Shown here piece by piece: positions 62,691-64,000 of a stretch of DNA of 64,000 nt. The translations under genes and the position numbers were made by a program. Under the pieces are notes generated by a model that saw nothing but the letters and a program-made list of their open reading frames with translations, did not search any database and had not been told where the DNA came from. The stretch is from Nitrospiraceae bacterium (GTDB lineage Bacteria; Nitrospirota; Thermodesulfovibrionia; Thermodesulfovibrionales; UBA6898): contig CP070737.1 in assembly GCA_020347665.1 (NCBI GenBank), positions 1,190,055 through 1,254,054 of the forward strand. Direction: 5' to 3'. The stretch's first letter is position 1. Each line of letters begins with the position of its first letter.

Positions 62691-64000
62691 TTATTGATCT
62701 AAAGAATCTCTGATTTTTTCCAAAAGTTGACTCTTGGAAAAAGGCTTCGGAATAAAATTATGTTTGTTTTCAAATATTCCCATTTTACGTAAAATATCTC
62801 CCGAGTAACCACTTATAAAAAGTGTTTTCATATCCGGATTTATCGTTACAATTTCTTCATAAACATCCTTCCCGTTCTTCTTGGGTAACATCACATCCAA
62901 TAGAAGGAGGTGAATTATGTCCTGATGGATTCTGAATTTTTCTATTGCATCGGGGCCATCAGTTGCTTCTATGATCTTATAGCCAACTTTTTCAAGTACC
63001 GATGTTATCAGCTCTCGCACTTTGCTGTCATCTTCTGCAATAAGTATCGTCTCTGTACCACTACTGCGAAAAGGAGCTGACGAGGGTTTACTCTCTTCGG
63101 GAGCTTCTAACTTCATTTCCGGGAGATATATGGTAAATCTGGTTCCTTTGCCCGGTTCGCTGAAGACATCAATATAACCATTATGCTGTTTTATTATTCC
63201 GTATACGATCGAGAGTCCTAATCCTGTTCCCTTACCTACATCTTTGGTGGTGTAAAAAGGTTCGAACAGCTTCTGTCTCGTGTTATCATCCATACCCACA
63301 CCTGTATCAGAAACAGCTAAAAAAGCAAACCTGCCTGTGGTCCCATAACCATGTTTCGCTATAAATTCCTCGTTTAATTCTGCATTGCCGGTCTCTATCG
63401 TTAATGTGCCACCATCCGGCATTGCATCTCTTGCATTTGTTGCAAGGTTCATAAGAACCTGCTCAAGTTGCCCGGAATCTGCTATCACAACAGATTCTTC
63501 ATCAGAAAGCATAATCTTCAATTCAATATTTTCTCCTATCATCTTCGAAAGGATTTGTCTTACTTTGTTAACGGTATAATTGAGTCTTGTCGGGCGTAAA
63601 TCAAATGACTGTTTTTTGCTGTATAACAGCAACCCTTTTGTCAGTTCTGATGCCCTGTCAGAAGAAGCAGCTATTGCTTCAGTATAGGGCTTTAAATGAG
63701 TATCTTGTTGTAACTCTTCCTGTAGTAATTCATTGTATCCTGATATTGCTGTTAAAATATTGTTAAACTCATGCGCAATACCCCCTGCCAAAGTCCCAAT
63801 GGCTTCCAGCTTATGCGCGTGAAGAAGCTGTTCCTCGAGCTCCTTGCGTTTTTTCACATCGTCTTTAAGCTGATTGTATGCCTCGGATAATTCGCTCGTG
63901 CGTTCTTGGACTCTCTGTTCAAGAGTCTGTTGAGTTTTCTTTAACTCTTCCTCTATTTTTTTTCTCTCCGTTATATGCAGTATTAAAGGGCGGAGAAGAA
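62691..64000 (-). CDS. hybrid sensor histidine kinase (HisKA, HATPase_c, C-terminal receiver); 5' end outside window
   Basis: H-box GGIAHEFNNILT, plus the NLATNARDA, DTGVGMD and GTGLGLS boxes. Receiver segment ILIAEDD...LLLLDVMLPKKNG. My hand translation shows the frame stays open upstream of the track start (GTG 63857) to the window edge (..ITERKKIEEELKK.., typical end of a PAS domain). Confidence 0.85.
   Translation of the reverse strand, partial: LLRPLILHITERKKIEEELKKTQQTLEQRVQERTSELSEAYNQLKDDVKKRKELEEQLLHAHKLEAIGTLAGGIAHEFNNILTAISGYNELLQEELQQDTHLKPYTEAIAASSDRASELTKGLLLYSKKQSFDLRPTRLNYTVNKVRQILSKMIGENIELKIMLSDEESVVIADSGQLEQVLMNLATNARDAMPDGGTLTIETGNAELNEEFIAKHGYGTTGRFAFLAVSDTGVGMDDNTRQKLFEPFYTTKDVGKGTGLGLSIVYGIIKQHNGYIDVFSEPGKGTRFTIYLPEMKLEAPEESKPSSAPFRSSGTETILIAEDDSKVRELITSVLEKVGYKIIEATDGPDAIEKFRIHQDIIHLLLLDVMLPKKNGKDVYEEIVTINPDMKTLFISGYSGDILRKMGIFENKHNFIPKPFSKSQLLEKIRDSLDQ

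Noticed and set aside
1-64000. Scan for CRISPR arrays, IS or transposase genes, integrases, prophage, toxin-antitoxin pairs and known defence-system signatures
   Set aside because: No spaced direct-repeat arrays, no transposase- or recombinase-like ORFs and no nuclease/ATPase defence-type gene pairs were seen. The only mobile-looking trace is the GIY-YIG pseudogene.

Overview
Gene-dense chromosomal segment with about 55 protein genes, 2 tRNAs and 1 pseudogene. The host is a diderm bacterium (BamA, TamB, lipoproteins, porin) and probably an anaerobe (rubredoxin, RACo-like ASKHA ATPase, UbiA/UbiX pair, multihaem cytochrome, selenoprotein candidate). The style looks deltaproteobacterial or Nitrospirota-like, but lineage cannot be fixed without a search. 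I saw no CRISPR array, IS element, integrase, prophage or recognisable defence or toxin-antitoxin genes. Layout: (i) 1-4.5 kb holds a MoeA-type PBP-domain gene end, an ASKHA ATPase, a small membrane-anchored CYCxC-type protein, a hypothetical, scpB and rubredoxin. (ii) 4.6-10.1 kb is a tightly packed minus-strand string: uvrA, apbE, NusG-II protein, Gx transporter, yacG, dapB. (iii) 10.4-21.4 kb is housekeeping plus a porin and two-component module. (iv) 21.5-22.1 kb holds tRNA-Val, tRNA-Asp and a GIY-YIG pseudogene. (v) 22-39 kb holds compatible-solute and glucan genes: GpgS-like synthase with its phosphatase, treT, treZ, GH57, treY, glgC. (vi) 39-52 kb holds ion-homeostasis genes (ClC, Kef-type CPA2, CaCA, NhaD-like, Usp, trkH, trkA) with a tetrahaem lipoprotein cytochrome in the middle. 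(vii) 52-64 kb holds glnD, tamB, bamA, a SurA-like chaperone, dcd and a hybrid histidine kinase that runs off the window. The strongest novelty candidate is the ORF called as 2207-2560. It appears to read through two in-frame TGA codons that sit exactly where its family has a CxxC pair, giving a U-x-x-U motif, and an fdhF-like SECIS hairpin lies just downstream. Other oddities: a UvrA that lacks the insertion domain, a glycerate kinase reduced to a fused N-end and C-end by an in-frame deletion, two real genes under 60 aa missed by the ORF track (rubredoxin, yacG), and a roughly 30-kb co-localisation of osmolyte and ion-transport genes. I found no convincing multi-gene system of unknown function. 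All family assignments are from motif recognition by eye, and no searches were run.
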